From contig OZ024742.1 of the NCBI GenBank assembly GCA_964016885.1, forward strand, positions 344,100,001 through 344,164,000: DNA of 64,000 nucleotides, written 5' to 3'. Positions 15,001-26,919 of this stretch are shown piece by piece (positions within the stretch are counted from its first letter, which is position 1; every line of letters starts with the position of its first letter). This stretch comes from Eledone cirrhosa (lineage: Eukaryota). Both the position numbers and the translations under genes were made by a program. The notes beneath the pieces were generated by a model that did no database searches, was not told where the DNA came from, and saw only the letters and a list, made by a program, of their open reading frames with translations.

Positions 15001-18000
15001 TATAAACTGTTGGTAGTGTACCCTACAATATATACCCAGCTCACAGTATTAAGGACATATGAACTGTTGGTAGTGTATCCTACAATATATACCCAGCTCC
15101 CAGTTTTAAGGACATATAAATTGTTGGTAGTGTATCCTACAATATATACCCAGCTCACAGTATTAAGGACATATGAACTGTTGGTAGTGTATCCTACAAT
15201 ATATTCCCAGCTCACAGTATTAAGGACATATGATCTGTTGGTAGTGTACCCTACAATATATACCCAGCTCACAGTTTTAAGGACATATGAACTGTTGGTA
15301 GTGTATCCTACAATATATACCCAGCTCACAGTTTTAAGGACATATGAACTGTTGGTAGTGTATCCTACAATATATACCCAGCTCACAGTTTTAAGGACAT
15401 ATGAACTGTTGGTAGTGTATCCTACAATATATACCCAGCTCACAGTTTTAAGGACATATGAACTGTTGGTAGTGTATCCTACAATATATACCCAGCTCAC
15501 AGTTTTAAGGACATATGAACTGTTGGTAGTGTATCCTACAATATATACCCAGCTCACAGTTTTAAGGACATATGAACTGTTGGTAGTGTATCCTACAATA
15601 TATACCCAGCTCACAGTTTTAAGGACATATGAACTGTTGGTAGTGTATCCTACAATATATACACAACTCACAGTTTTAAGGACATATGAACTGTTGGTAG
15701 TGTATCCTACAATATATACCCAGCTCACAGTATTAAGGACATATGAACTGTTGGTAGTGTATCCTACAATATATACCCACCTCACAGTTTTAAGGACATA
15801 TATACTGTTGGTAGTGTATCCTACAATATATACCCAGCTCACAGTATTAAGGACATATGAACTGTTGGTAGTGTATCCTACAATATATACACAACTCACA
15901 GTTTTAAGGACATATGAACTGTTGGTAGTGTATCCTACAATATATACCCACCTCACAGTTTTAAGGACATATGAACTGTTGGTAGTGTATCCTACAATAT
16001 ATACCCAACTCACAGTTTTAAGGACATCTGAACTGTTGGTAGTGTATCCTACAATATATACCCAGCTCACAGTTTTAAGGACATATGAACTGTTGGTAGT
16101 GTATCCTACAATATATACCCAGCTCACAGTATTAAGGACATATGAACTGTTGGTAGTGTATCCTACAATATATACCCAGCTCACAGTTTTAAGGACATAT
16201 GAACTGTTGGTAGTGTATCCTACAATATATACCCAGCTCACAGTTTTAAGGACATATGAATTGTTGGTAGAGTATCCTACAATATATACCCAGCTCACAG
16301 TTTTAAGGACATCTGAACTGTTGGTAGTTTATCCTACAATATATACCCAGCTCACAGTATTAAGGACATATGAACTGTTGGTAGTGTATCCTACAATATA
16401 TACCCAGCTCACAGTTTTAAGGACATCTGAACTGTTGGTAGTGTATCCTACAATATATACCCAGCTCACAGTATTAAGGACATATGAACTGTTGGTAGTG
16501 TATCCTACAATATATACTCAGCTCACAGTATTAAGGACATATGAACTGTTGGTTGTGTATCCTACAATATATACCCAGCTCACAGTTTTAAGGACATATG
16601 AACTGTTGGTAGTGTATCCTACAATATATACCCAGCTCACAGTTTTAAGGACATATGAACTGTTGGTAGTGTATCCTACAATATATACCCAGCTCACAGT
16701 ATTAAGGACATATGAACTGTTGGTAGTGTATCCTACAATATATACCCAGCTCACAGTTTTAAGGACATCTGAACTGTTGGTAGTGTATCCTACAATAAAT
16801 ACCCAGCTCACAGTATTAAGGACATATGAACTGTTGGTAGTGTATCTACAATACATACCCAGCTCACAGTTTTAAGGACATATGAACTGTTGGTAGTGTA
16901 TCCTACAATATATACCCAGCTCACAGTTTTAAGGACATATGAACTGTTGGTAGTGTATCCTACAATATATACCCAGCTCACAGTTTTAAGGACATATGAA
17001 CTGTTGGTAGTGTATCCTACAATATATACCCAGCTCACAGTTTTAAGGACATATGAACTGTTGGTAGTGTATCCTACAATATATACCCAGCTCACAGTAT
17101 TAAGGACATATGAACTGTTGGTAGTGTACCCTACAATATATACTCAGCTCACAGTATTAAGGACATATGAACTGTTGGTAGTGTATCCTACAATATATAC
17201 CCAACTCACAGTTTTAAGGACATATGAACTGTTGGTAGTGTATCCTACAATATATACCCAGCTCACAGTTTTAAGGACATCTGAACTGTTGGTAGTGTAT
17301 CCTACAATATATACCCAGCTCACAGTTTTAAGGACATATATACTGTTGGTAGTGTATCCTACAATATATACCCAGCTCACAGTTTTAAGGACATATGAAC
17401 TGTTGGTAGAGTATCCTACAATATATACCCAACTCACAGTTTTAAGGACATCTGAACTGTTGGTAGTGTATCCTACAATATATACCCAACTCACAGTTTT
17501 AAGGACATCTGAACTGTTGGTAGTGTATCCTACAATATATACCCAGCTCACAGTTTTAAGGACATATGAACTGTTGGTAGTGTATCCTACAATATATACC
17601 CAACTCACAGTTTTAAGGACATATGAACTGTTGGTAGTGTATCCTACAATATATACCCAGCTCACAGTTTTAAGGACATCTGAACTGTTGGTAGTGTATC
17701 CTACAATATATACCCAGCTCACAGTATTAAGGACATATGAACTGTTGGTAGTGTATCCTACAATATATACCCAGCTCACAGTTTTAAGGACATATGAACT
17801 GTTGGTAGTGTATCTTACAATATATACCCAGCTCACAGTATTAAGGACATATGATCTGTTGGTAGTGTATCCTACAATATATACCCAGCTCACAGTATTA
17901 AGGACATATGAACTGTTGGTAGTGTATCCTACAATATATACCCAGCTCACAGTTTTAAGGACATATGAACTGTTGGTAGTGTATCCTACAATATATACCC

Positions 18001-19960
18001 AACTCACAGTTTTAAGGACATCTGAACTGTTGGTAGTGTATCCTACAATATATACCCAGCTCACAGTATTAAGGACATATGAACTGTTGGTAGTGTATCC
18101 TACAATATATACCCAGCTCACAGTATTAAGGACATATGAACTGTTGGTAGTGTATCCTACAATATATACCCAGCTCACAGTTTTAAGGACATATGAACTG
18201 TTGGTAGTGTATCCTACAATATATACCCACCTCACAGTTTTAAGGACATCTGAACTGTTGGGAGTGTATCCTACAATATATACCCAGCTCACAGTTTTAA
18301 GGACATCTGAACTGTTGGTAGTGTATCCTACAATATATACCCAGCTCACAGTTTTAAGGACATATGAACTGTTGGTAGTGTATCCTACAATATATACCCA
18401 GCTCACAGTTTTAAGGACATATGAACTGTTGGTAGTGTATCTTACAATATATACCCAGCTCACAGTATTAAGGACATATGATCTGTTGGTAGTGTATCCA
18501 ACAATATATACCCAGCTCACAGTATTAAGGACATATAAACTGTTGGTAGTGTACCCTACAATATATACCCAGCTCACAGTATTAAGGACATATGAACTGT
18601 TGGTAGTGTATCCTACAATATATACCCAGCTCACAGTATTAAGGACATATAAACTGTTGGTAGCGTACCCTACAATATATACCCAGCTCACAGTATTAAG
18701 GACATATAAACTGTTGGTAGTGTATCCTACAATACATACCCAGCTCACAGTATTAAGGACATATAAACTGTTGGTAGTGTATCCTACAATATATACCCAG
18801 CTCACAGTATTAAGGACATATGAACTGTTGGTAGTGTATCCTACAATATATACCCAGCTCACAGTTTTAAGGACATATGATCTGTTGGTAGTGTACCCTA
18901 CAATATATACCCATCTCACAGTATTAAGGACATATAAACTGTTGGTAGTGTACCCTACAATATATACCCAGCTCACAGTATTAAGGACATATAAACTGTT
19001 GGTAGTGTACCCTACAATATATACCCAGCTCACAGTATTAAGGACATATGAACTGTTGGTAGTGTATCCTACAATATATACCCAGCTCCCAGTTTTAAGG
19101 ACATATAAATTGTTGGTAGTGTATCCTACAATATATACCCAGCTCACAGTATTAAGGACATATGAACTGTTGGTAGTGTATCCTACAATATATACCCAGC
19201 TCACAGTATTAAGGACATATGATCTGTTGGTAGTGTACCCTACAATATATACCCAGCTCACAGTTTTAAGGACATATGAACTGTTGGTAGTGTATCCTAC
19301 AATATATACCCAGCTCACAGTTTTAAGGACATATGAACTGTTGGTAGTGTATCCTACAATATATACCCACCTCACAGTTTTAAGGACATCTGAACTGTTG
19401 GTAGTGTATCCTACAATATATACCCAGCTCACAGTTTTAAGGACATATGAACTGTTGGTTGTGTATCCTACAATATATACCCAGCTCACAGTTTTAAGGA
19501 CATATGAACTGTTGGTAGTGTATCCTACAATATATACCCAGCTCACAGTTTTAAGGACATATGAATTGTTGGTAGTGTATCCTACAATATATACCCAGCT
19601 CACAGTTTTAAGTACATATGAACTGTTGGTAGTGTATCCTACAATATATACCCAGCTCACAGTTTTAAGGACATATGAACTGTTGGTAGTGTATCCTACA
19701 ATATATACCCAGCTCACAGTTTTAAGGACATATGAATTGTTGGTAGTGTATCCTACAATATATACCCAGCTCACAGCTTTAAGGACATATGAACTGTTGG
19801 TAGTGTATCCTACAATATATACCCACCTCACAGTTTTAAGGACATCTGAACTGTTGGTAGTGTATCCTACAATATATACCCAGCTCACAGTATTAAGGAC
19901 ATATGAACTGTTGGTAGTGTATCCTACAATATATACCCAGCTCACAGTTTTAAGGACATA
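1..19960. repeat. 57-bp tandem satellite (~350 units; open at the left edge of the window) with higher-order structure
   Basis: Unit ACAGTTTTAAGGACATATGAACTGTTGGTAGTGTATCCTACAATATATACCCAGCTC is repeated head-to-tail. It ends abruptly at ...taaggacata (19960). Diagnostic variants recur in ordered blocks. Confidence 0.99.
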
Positions 19961-19965
19961 CTAAC

Positions 19966-20017
19966 AGCTGACGATGTATTATATATTGCCAACAAAGAAT
20001 CCACTAGACGAAGAAGC
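19966..20017 (-). CDS. putative internal exon of an unidentified minus-strand gene (LLRLVDSLLAIYNTSSA)
   Basis: Minus strand: acceptor atttatcactattttctaccAG, 52 nt open, donor GCT|GTTAGT. Phase-compatible with the candidate exon at 20127-20264. Confidence 0.4.
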
Positions 20018-20126
20018 CTGGTAGAAAATAGTGATAAATGGCAGAGATGCCTTCATACTCTATACAATTATATACACTGGTATTTGCCTGGAATGCATGC
20101 AATAACCATGCAGAACTTAATCGTAC

Positions 20127-20264
20127 GTTTGATAACTACACCAAAGATAATCCGAACGATGGAACAATGGGAGCATCGTGTTGATACAGCGTATTTTGAG
20201 CATTATAAATATGTCCGACCCATTCTTCTCTAGTTCGGAGTTTCTTTCAGAGAATGAAAACAGA
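20127..20264 (-). CDS. putative internal exon of an unidentified minus-strand gene (LFSFSERNSELEKNGSDIFIMLKIRCINTMLPLFHRSDYLWCSYQ)
   Basis: Strong polypyrimidine acceptor ttctttctttcttctctAG, 138 nt open, donor AC|GTACGA. A 109-nt intron joins it in frame to the next exon. No homology recognised. Confidence 0.4.
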
Positions 20265-20719
20265 CTAGAGAAGAAAGAAAGAAACCAACAACCCTAGTAA
20301 TTGACTGGTATTTTAATAATCGACTGTGGAAAGATGAAAGGCAATGTTGACCTCGGTGGGATAGAAACTCAGAATGTCCAGGGTTGAAAAGAATACTGCA
20401 ATGTGTTATGTCCAACGTTGCTTATTTGCTGTCTTCCCGAGATATACAGAACCTATGTCAACACACGGATTAACTTAACTTGATTTTGGTCTTCTTTCTC
20501 CAAATGTTTTTCTATTTAATGAAATAGTAAACTCGTGCCCTTGGTAATGACGACAGTAACGTTGAATGTATCAATTTGGGGTAGTCCAGGTTTGCAGGAT
20601 TAAAGTCTATATAAACAATAATACAAATTAAGAAGTTTGCGTTTTGATAAGTTAATGATTTGCATAAGAGAAACTCTATAGTTTATTTTGATTATTGGTC
20701 ACGAGGAAGTGATTAGCGA

Positions 20720-20930
20720 TAATGGTTTTCGATTTAGGCACAAAGTCAACAATTTGTAGGAGGAGGGATAGGTTGATTAAATCGACCCCGGTGTGTTACT
20801 GGTACTTTATTTTATCGACCTCGTAATGGTAAAAAGCAAAGCTGACCTCGGTGGGATTTGAACTCAAAGCTTAAAGGGACGTAACTCTATGCCACAAAGC
20901 ATGTTGTCTGAGGCTCTAACGATCCACCAC
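20720..20930 (-). mobile_element. tRNA-derived SINE, family A
   Basis: On the minus strand: B-box-like gagttcaaatccc followed by the conserved body gaggtc..ctttgc..ttt..gtcgataaaataaagtaccag, shared with many copies in the window. Confidence 0.8.
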
Positions 20931-21164
20931 TCTACCTCCCTCGCCCTTTCCTCCCATCGGATTCCAAATTCGTAAAAATTGCTTTCGTAAAAACAAGCCA
21001 ATCATATATACTAAAACTAAGACCACCCTCATAATCCCTACCTCAGGCCCCCCCCCTCATAATCCCTACCTCAGACACAATCCATATATCCCAACCTCTA
21101 ACTCGCTCTAAATACCGGGACCATCGACATTTTCAGTAGTCATTTATTTGGTTACATCAACAAA

Positions 21165-21445
21165 GGCGAGTGGTCTAGTGGCAAGGGGGTTGGACTTATG
21201 ATAATAATGTTGTGGGTTTGATTCCTGGGCTGGGTTGTGTGTTGTGTTCGTGAGAAAACATCTTATTTCACGTTGCTCCAGTCAGTATACTCAGCTGAAA
21301 ATGAATAGCAGCAATAGCTGGGGGTTTAACCCTGCGATGGACTGGCGTCATGTCCAAGGGGGAATAGTGTGCACTCATTCGCTTCACGCCACGAAATCGG
21401 GATAAGGGCTGGCCTGACAAGCCTCCTGGCTTAAGACAGACTTTG
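21165..21445 (+). mobile_element. tRNA-derived SINE, family B
   Basis: A-box tggtctagtgg and B-box ggtttgattcc, then ttatttcacgttgctcc and ccctgcgatggactggcgtc..gtcc. Homologous to the minus-strand copy at 33900-34075. Confidence 0.75.
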
Positions 21446-22044
21446 CACTTTAGGCTTTCTTTAATTATGTAGCACCAACTCTTTTTGAGGAGTTTTCCTT
21501 GGTTGCGTACTGAATTTTGGACCTACATCGGTTTCGACGACGAGTGTTCTAGCGTGTGTGACAATTCTGGTTCTTATAAATTACAAACAAAACTGTTTTT
21601 TTATTTTAAAAACAAAGAGGATTGGTGCAAAGTAAAATAAAGTGCCTTTCTGAAGGACACAATACGCAACCGGGAGTCGAACGGACGTCCTTCTTATCGA
21701 GAAACCGAACACCCTAACAAATAGGTTACGCGTCCTCACTGGTAATGTGTTTTGCAGACTGTATAAATTTGTGTCACCAACTGTTCCTATTATCGGTTGA
21801 GGTGAACCACGTGATCCAGATTATTTTCGTTGTTTTCTTTTTCAGTAGTTTTTCTTTTTATTTACGAACTGTACACTTTCAAAGTAAATATAGAAAAGTG
21901 TGTGGTGCTACACAGAGATACGCGCTTGAATTAAACTGCCTTGCAAAATGTGCGATAAAATTCATGAGAGGATCAGGTTTCTAAACATTTCACTGAGAAA
22001 TTATTCATATTTGTGAACAAATGCTGTAAAAAAATATAAACAAT

Positions 22045-22602
22045 AACAATTGTTTCTACTTTTGGCACAAGGCCAGAAATTCTCCCAGTGCATTACTGGT
22101 ACTTTATCTTATCGACCCCGTAAGGATGAAAGGCAAAGTTAACCTCGGCGGGATTTGAACACAGATTGTAAAGGGACGTAACTATGCTCGGAAGCATGGT
22201 GTCCGACCCTCTACCGATACTTCCAATCCACCACCCCTTAATAATAATGGTTTCTGATTTAGGCACAAGGCCAGCAATTTTTAAGGGAGGGGAAAGTTGA
22301 TTAAATCGACCCCAGTGCGTTACTGGTACTTTATTTTATCGACCACGAAAGCACGAAATGCAAAGCTAACCTCGGTGCGTTTGAACTCAGAACGAAAAGC
22401 ACGAAATGCCACAAAACATGCTGTTGGACGCTCTACTGATACTGCCAATCTACCGCGAATAATGGTTATTTATTTTCTCGGCCCAAGAATGACAACAGGC
22501 AAAGCTGACCTCGACATGATTTGAACTCAGAACGTAGACAGTCATAAATGAATACCACAAATAATGTTGTCTGACGCTCTACCGATTCTGCCAATCCACC
22601 GT
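22045..22602 (-). mobile_element. cluster of three family A SINE copies (~22050-22235, ~22248-22460, ~22470-22602)
   Basis: Repeated ggcacaaggcc..tactggtactttattttatcgacc..aaag.t.acctcgg.g.gatttgaac.cag..ctctacc..gccaatcca blocks. Confidence 0.8.
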
Positions 22603-23089
22603 CCTTGATAAATAAAACATAATAAAACATATTTAACTTGTGATGGTTGCGATATCTCTGCTTCCCTTTGACATGCCATGCTATACAATGGGCCCTTAAT
22701 TCCTGATTGAATCCTAGGGGCTTCTTCGTTACATACAGCATGTCTTTTGCATTTTAAACCTGGTGAAGCCCATCCTTCATCAAATCGTGACAGTCATTTT
22801 CTACTAGAGAAATAGATTGATAGATTGAGAGAGGTAGATATATATAGAGAGAGAAGGAGATGTGAGAAAGAGATTTAACGGGAGAATTGACTAGTATTGA
22901 ACTGGTACATTATTTATCGACCTCAAAAGAACAATGAGAAACATTAACCTCGATGGGATTTGAACACAGAGTGCAGAGAACCGGAATAAATTCTGCAAAG
23001 CATTCTATCAGTTCTACTAACTCTGCCACTTCATTGCCTTCTACTTTCCTGTACAGCTCCATGATAAAGGATTATTATTTAGTCCAGTG

Positions 23090-23278
23090 TAGGCGGTGGA
23101 TTGGCAGTATCAGTAGAGAGTCGGACGCCATGCTTTCCAGCATAGTTACGTCCCTTTACGGTCTGTGTTCAAATCCCGCCGAGGTTAACTTTGCCTTTCA
23201 TCCTTACGGGGTCGATAAAATAAAGTACCAGTAATGTACTGGGTAATTGCTGGCCTTGTGCCAAAAGTAGAAACAATT
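23090..23278 (+). mobile_element. tRNA-derived SINE, family A
   Basis: ggtggattggcagtatc (A-box region), gtgttcaaatcccgccgagg (B-box), then body cctttcatccttacggggtcgataaaataaagtaccag. Confidence 0.85.
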
Positions 23279-23304
23279 ATTTAGTCCAGTGTATTATTTA
23301 GGGA

Positions 23305-23530
23305 TGGAGAGTGGCTTAATGGTTATAGTATTCGACTCATTTTCGTAGGTGGTGAGATCAAATGTCGGTGGTGGGTTGCGTATTTGAGCAAGACACTTCA
23401 TTTCACATTGCTCCCATTCAATGAGTTGGTAAAATGAATCATATCTGTAATTCAAAAGTCCACCTGTATGAAATTTTTTGCCACACTGAATCTCCTGAGT
23501 ACTCTGTTATGGGTACAAGTGTTTTCACTT
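23305..23530 (+). mobile_element. diverged tRNA-derived SINE (family B-like head)
   Basis: gtggcttaatggtta..ttcgactc..ttgagcaagacacttcatttcacattgctcc. Confidence 0.55.
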
Positions 23531-24275
23531 CCCCTTCTCTCCCCATCTCTATCTCTCTGTCACTCTGTCAATCTATTTCTATAGACGATTGACTGGTGAA
23601 GAAATTGACTGTTCCGATCTAGGTACACCAGATTTAAAATGCAAATGGCACGCCGTAACGAAGAATGCTAAGATACTTGCAAGATAAACTGAGAAGCAAG
23701 CTGTTCCGTTGATCAGACAGCTTTAACACTAATCGTGGTAACCGATGGAGGTCCAACCCACATTTTATTTAGACATAGTCGGCGAATGGCAGAGTCATTA
23801 GAACATTGAATAGAATTTATGGTATTCCTTTCACTATTTTATGCAACACATAATAAATAGAGAAGTGTGGATTTGTCGAAAATGTTCGATAGTGTCACCC
23901 ATCGATTCAGCCATCGATCTTTGACAAGTCCTATTTTTAGAGATTGTATAGTTTCAATGTACAGCGCAATCTAGTCTTTGGTCAAATTGGTCACATTTCA
24001 GAAACGCTTCAAACCACGCTTTCGTAATCATGTCGTATACAGGACATATGAACATGGTTGGGAAGTGGTGCAGTCGGGTCGTCTTGGTGACTGGAAACTG
24101 GAACGAAGTTGCAAGAGCAGTTAATATCACCTAGAATATAGTCTGAAAGGAAGCTATGATAGGTCGAGCAGAGCTGGCAAATGCTTACACCATTAAACAC
24201 TGTGTCTTGCCCAATTGAAACGCTTTTTCTTCCGCCTCCTGTGGAAATTATGCATTCCAATGGGTAGGCGGTTTC

Positions 24276-24384
<109 letters not shown>

Positions 24385-24450
24385 ATGAATATATCATTTT
24401 TTCCAATTCCATCCCGCCCGTCCCCTTAATCTATCTTATTTCTCATTCTT

Positions 24451-24486
24451 TCTTCTGATGAAGGACTAGCGTCCGAAACGTTAAGA
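24451..24486 (+). ncRNA. minimal type I hammerhead ribozyme
   Basis: tctt-CTGATGA-a-ggac(tagc)gtcc-GAAAC-GTT-aaga. Stem I tctt/aaga, 4-bp stem II, loopless palindromic stem III (AACGTT). Lies in a short element flanked by (TA)n. Confidence 0.75.
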
Positions 24487-24566
24487 CCCTCTTCCTGCTA
24501 TATCAAGCGTTAACCTAATATATCCCTTCCATATACTGTACCGATTGTGTTGTTATTTCTGTTTAA

Positions 24567-24598
<32 letters not shown>

Positions 24599-24603
<5 letters not shown>

Positions 24604-26919
24604 ATAAATGCTCTGAAATAGCGATATATATGTGAATATAGACATAGAATATTCGAAAATATTCTGTATGTTTATAATAAACATTTTGAAGACCTAATCG
24701 CTATAGAATAGAATACGTCACGTATTACAATTAGATTCTCGATAAAAGCAAGGGAAGTAATCTACGCGTTTCATTCTTGTTAGAAATCATCAGGACTACA
24801 TATCCAGTGCTTTTATCGAGAATGACACAGCTAGAGACTTATAGAATACTTAGCTGTGTACAGGAACTGGTTTGAAAGAGCGGTTGCCGGTCCGGCAGAA
24901 ATTAGAAATTGGAATAAATGCTCTGAAATAGCGATATATATGTGAATATAGACATAGAATATTCGAAAATATTCTGTATGTTTATAATAAACATTTTGAA
25001 GACCTAATCGCTATAGAATAGAATACGTCACGTATTACAATTAGATTCTCGATAAAAGCAAGGGAAGTAATCTACGCGTTTCATTCTTGTTAGAAATCAT
25101 CAGGACTACATATCCAGTGCTTTTATCGAGAATGACACAGCTAGAGACTTATAGAATACTTAGCTGTGTACAGGAACTGGTTTGAAAGAGCGGTTGCCGG
25201 TCCGGCAGAAATTAGAAATTGGAATAAATGCTCTGAAATAGCGATATATATGTGAATATAGACATAGAATATTCGAAAATATTCTGTATGTTTATAATAA
25301 ACATTTTGAAGACCTAATCGCTATAGAATAGAATACGTCACGTATTACAATTAGATTCTCGATAAAAGCAAGGGAAGTAATCTACGCGTTTCATTCTTGT
25401 TAGAAATCATCAGGACTACATATCCAGTGCTTTTATCGAGAATGACACAGCTAGAGACTTATAGAATACTTAGCTGTGTACAGGAACTGGTTTGAAAGAG
25501 CGGTTGCCGGTCCGGCAGAAATTAGAAATTGGAATAAATGCTCTGAAATAGCGATATATATGTGAATATAGACATAGAATATTCGAAAATATTCTGTATG
25601 TTTATAATAAACATTTTGAAGACCTAATCGCTATAGAATAGAATACGTCACGTATTACAATTAGATTCTCGATAAAAGCAAGGGAAGTAATCTACGCGTT
25701 TCATTCTTGTTAGAAATCATCAGGACTACATATCCAGTGCTTTTATCGAGAATGACACAGCTAGAGACTTATAGAATACTTAGCTGTGTACAGGAACTGG
25801 TTTGAAAGAGCGGTTGCCGGTCCGGCAGAAATTAGAAATTGGAATAAATGCTCTGAAATAGCGATATATATGTGAATATAGACATAGAATATTCGAAAAT
25901 ATTCTGTATGTTTATAATAAACATTTTGAAGACCTAATCGCTATAGAATAGAATACGTCACGTATTACAATTAGATTCTCGATAAAAGCAAGGGAAGTAA
26001 TCTACGCGTTTCATTCTTGTTAGAAATCATCAGGACTACATATCCAGTGCTTTTATCGAGAATGACACAGCTAGAGACTTATAGAATACTTAGCTGTGTA
26101 CAGGAACTGGTTTGAAAGAGCGGTTGCCGGTCCGGCAGAAATTAGAAATTGGAATAAATGCTCTGAAATAGCGATATATATGTGAATATAGACATAGAAT
26201 ATTCGAAAATATTCTGTATGTTTATAATAAACATTTTGAAGACCTAATCGCTATAGAATAGAATACGTCACGTATTACAATTAGATTCTCGATAAAAGCA
26301 AGGGAAGTAATCTACGCGTTTCATTCTTGTTAGAAATCATCAGGACTACATATCCAGTGCTTTTATCGAGAATGACACAGCTAGAGACTTATAGAATACT
26401 TAGCTGTGTACAGGAACTGGTTTGAAAGAGCGGTTGCCGGTCCGGCAGAAATTAGAAATTGGAATAAATGCTCTGAAATAGCGATATATATGTGAATATA
26501 GACATAGAATATTCGAAAATATTCTGTATGTTTATAATAAACATTTTGAAGACCTAATCGCTATAGAATAGAATACGTCACGTATTACAATTAGATTCTC
26601 GATAAAAGCAAGGGAAGTAATCTACGCGTTTCATTCTTGTTAGAAATCATCAGGACTACATATCCAGTGCTTTTATCGAGAATGACACAGCTAGAGACTT
26701 ATAGAATACTTAGCTGTGTACAGGAACTGGTTTGAAAGAGCGGTTGCCGGTCCGGCAGAAATTAGAAATTGGAATAAATGCTCTGAAATAGCGATATATA
26801 TGTGAATATAGACATAGAATATTCGAAAATATTCTGTATGTTTATAATAAACATTTTGAAGACCTAATCGCTATAGAATAGAATACGTCACGTATTACAA
26901 TTAGATTCTCGATAAAAGC
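24599..26919 (-). repeat. retrozyme-like 310-bp tandem array, left arm (7 full units plus about half a unit); HHR on the minus strand
   Basis: Units start at 24601, 24911, 25221, 25531, 25841, 26151, 26461 and 26771 and appear identical. The first HHR core is at 24757-24799, repeating every 310 bp. Left flank is (TA)n. Confidence 0.95.

Noticed and set aside
1-19960. 57-bp unit as a CRISPR array or ribozyme repeat
   Set aside because: No unique spacers. Two weak hairpins exist (acagtt/aactgt and ggta..tacc), but there is no CUGANGA/GAAA core.
23-19964. Giant ORFs (up to 1324 aa) on both strands made of a 19-aa repeat
   Set aside because: The unit length of 57 is divisible by 3 and lacks stops in one frame per strand. 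ORFs break exactly at the recurrent 1-bp deletion and at a point-mutation stop. There are no unique domains.
23090-23180. tRNA genes at SINE heads
   Set aside because: A/B boxes are present but there is no cloverleaf, and the heads continue into shared SINE bodies.
23950-24240. Minus-strand exon-like segments (EAEEKAFQLGKTQCLM..; VILTALATSFQFP..)
   Set aside because: Splice-like signals exist, but no consistent phase chain or recognisable homology could be established by eye.
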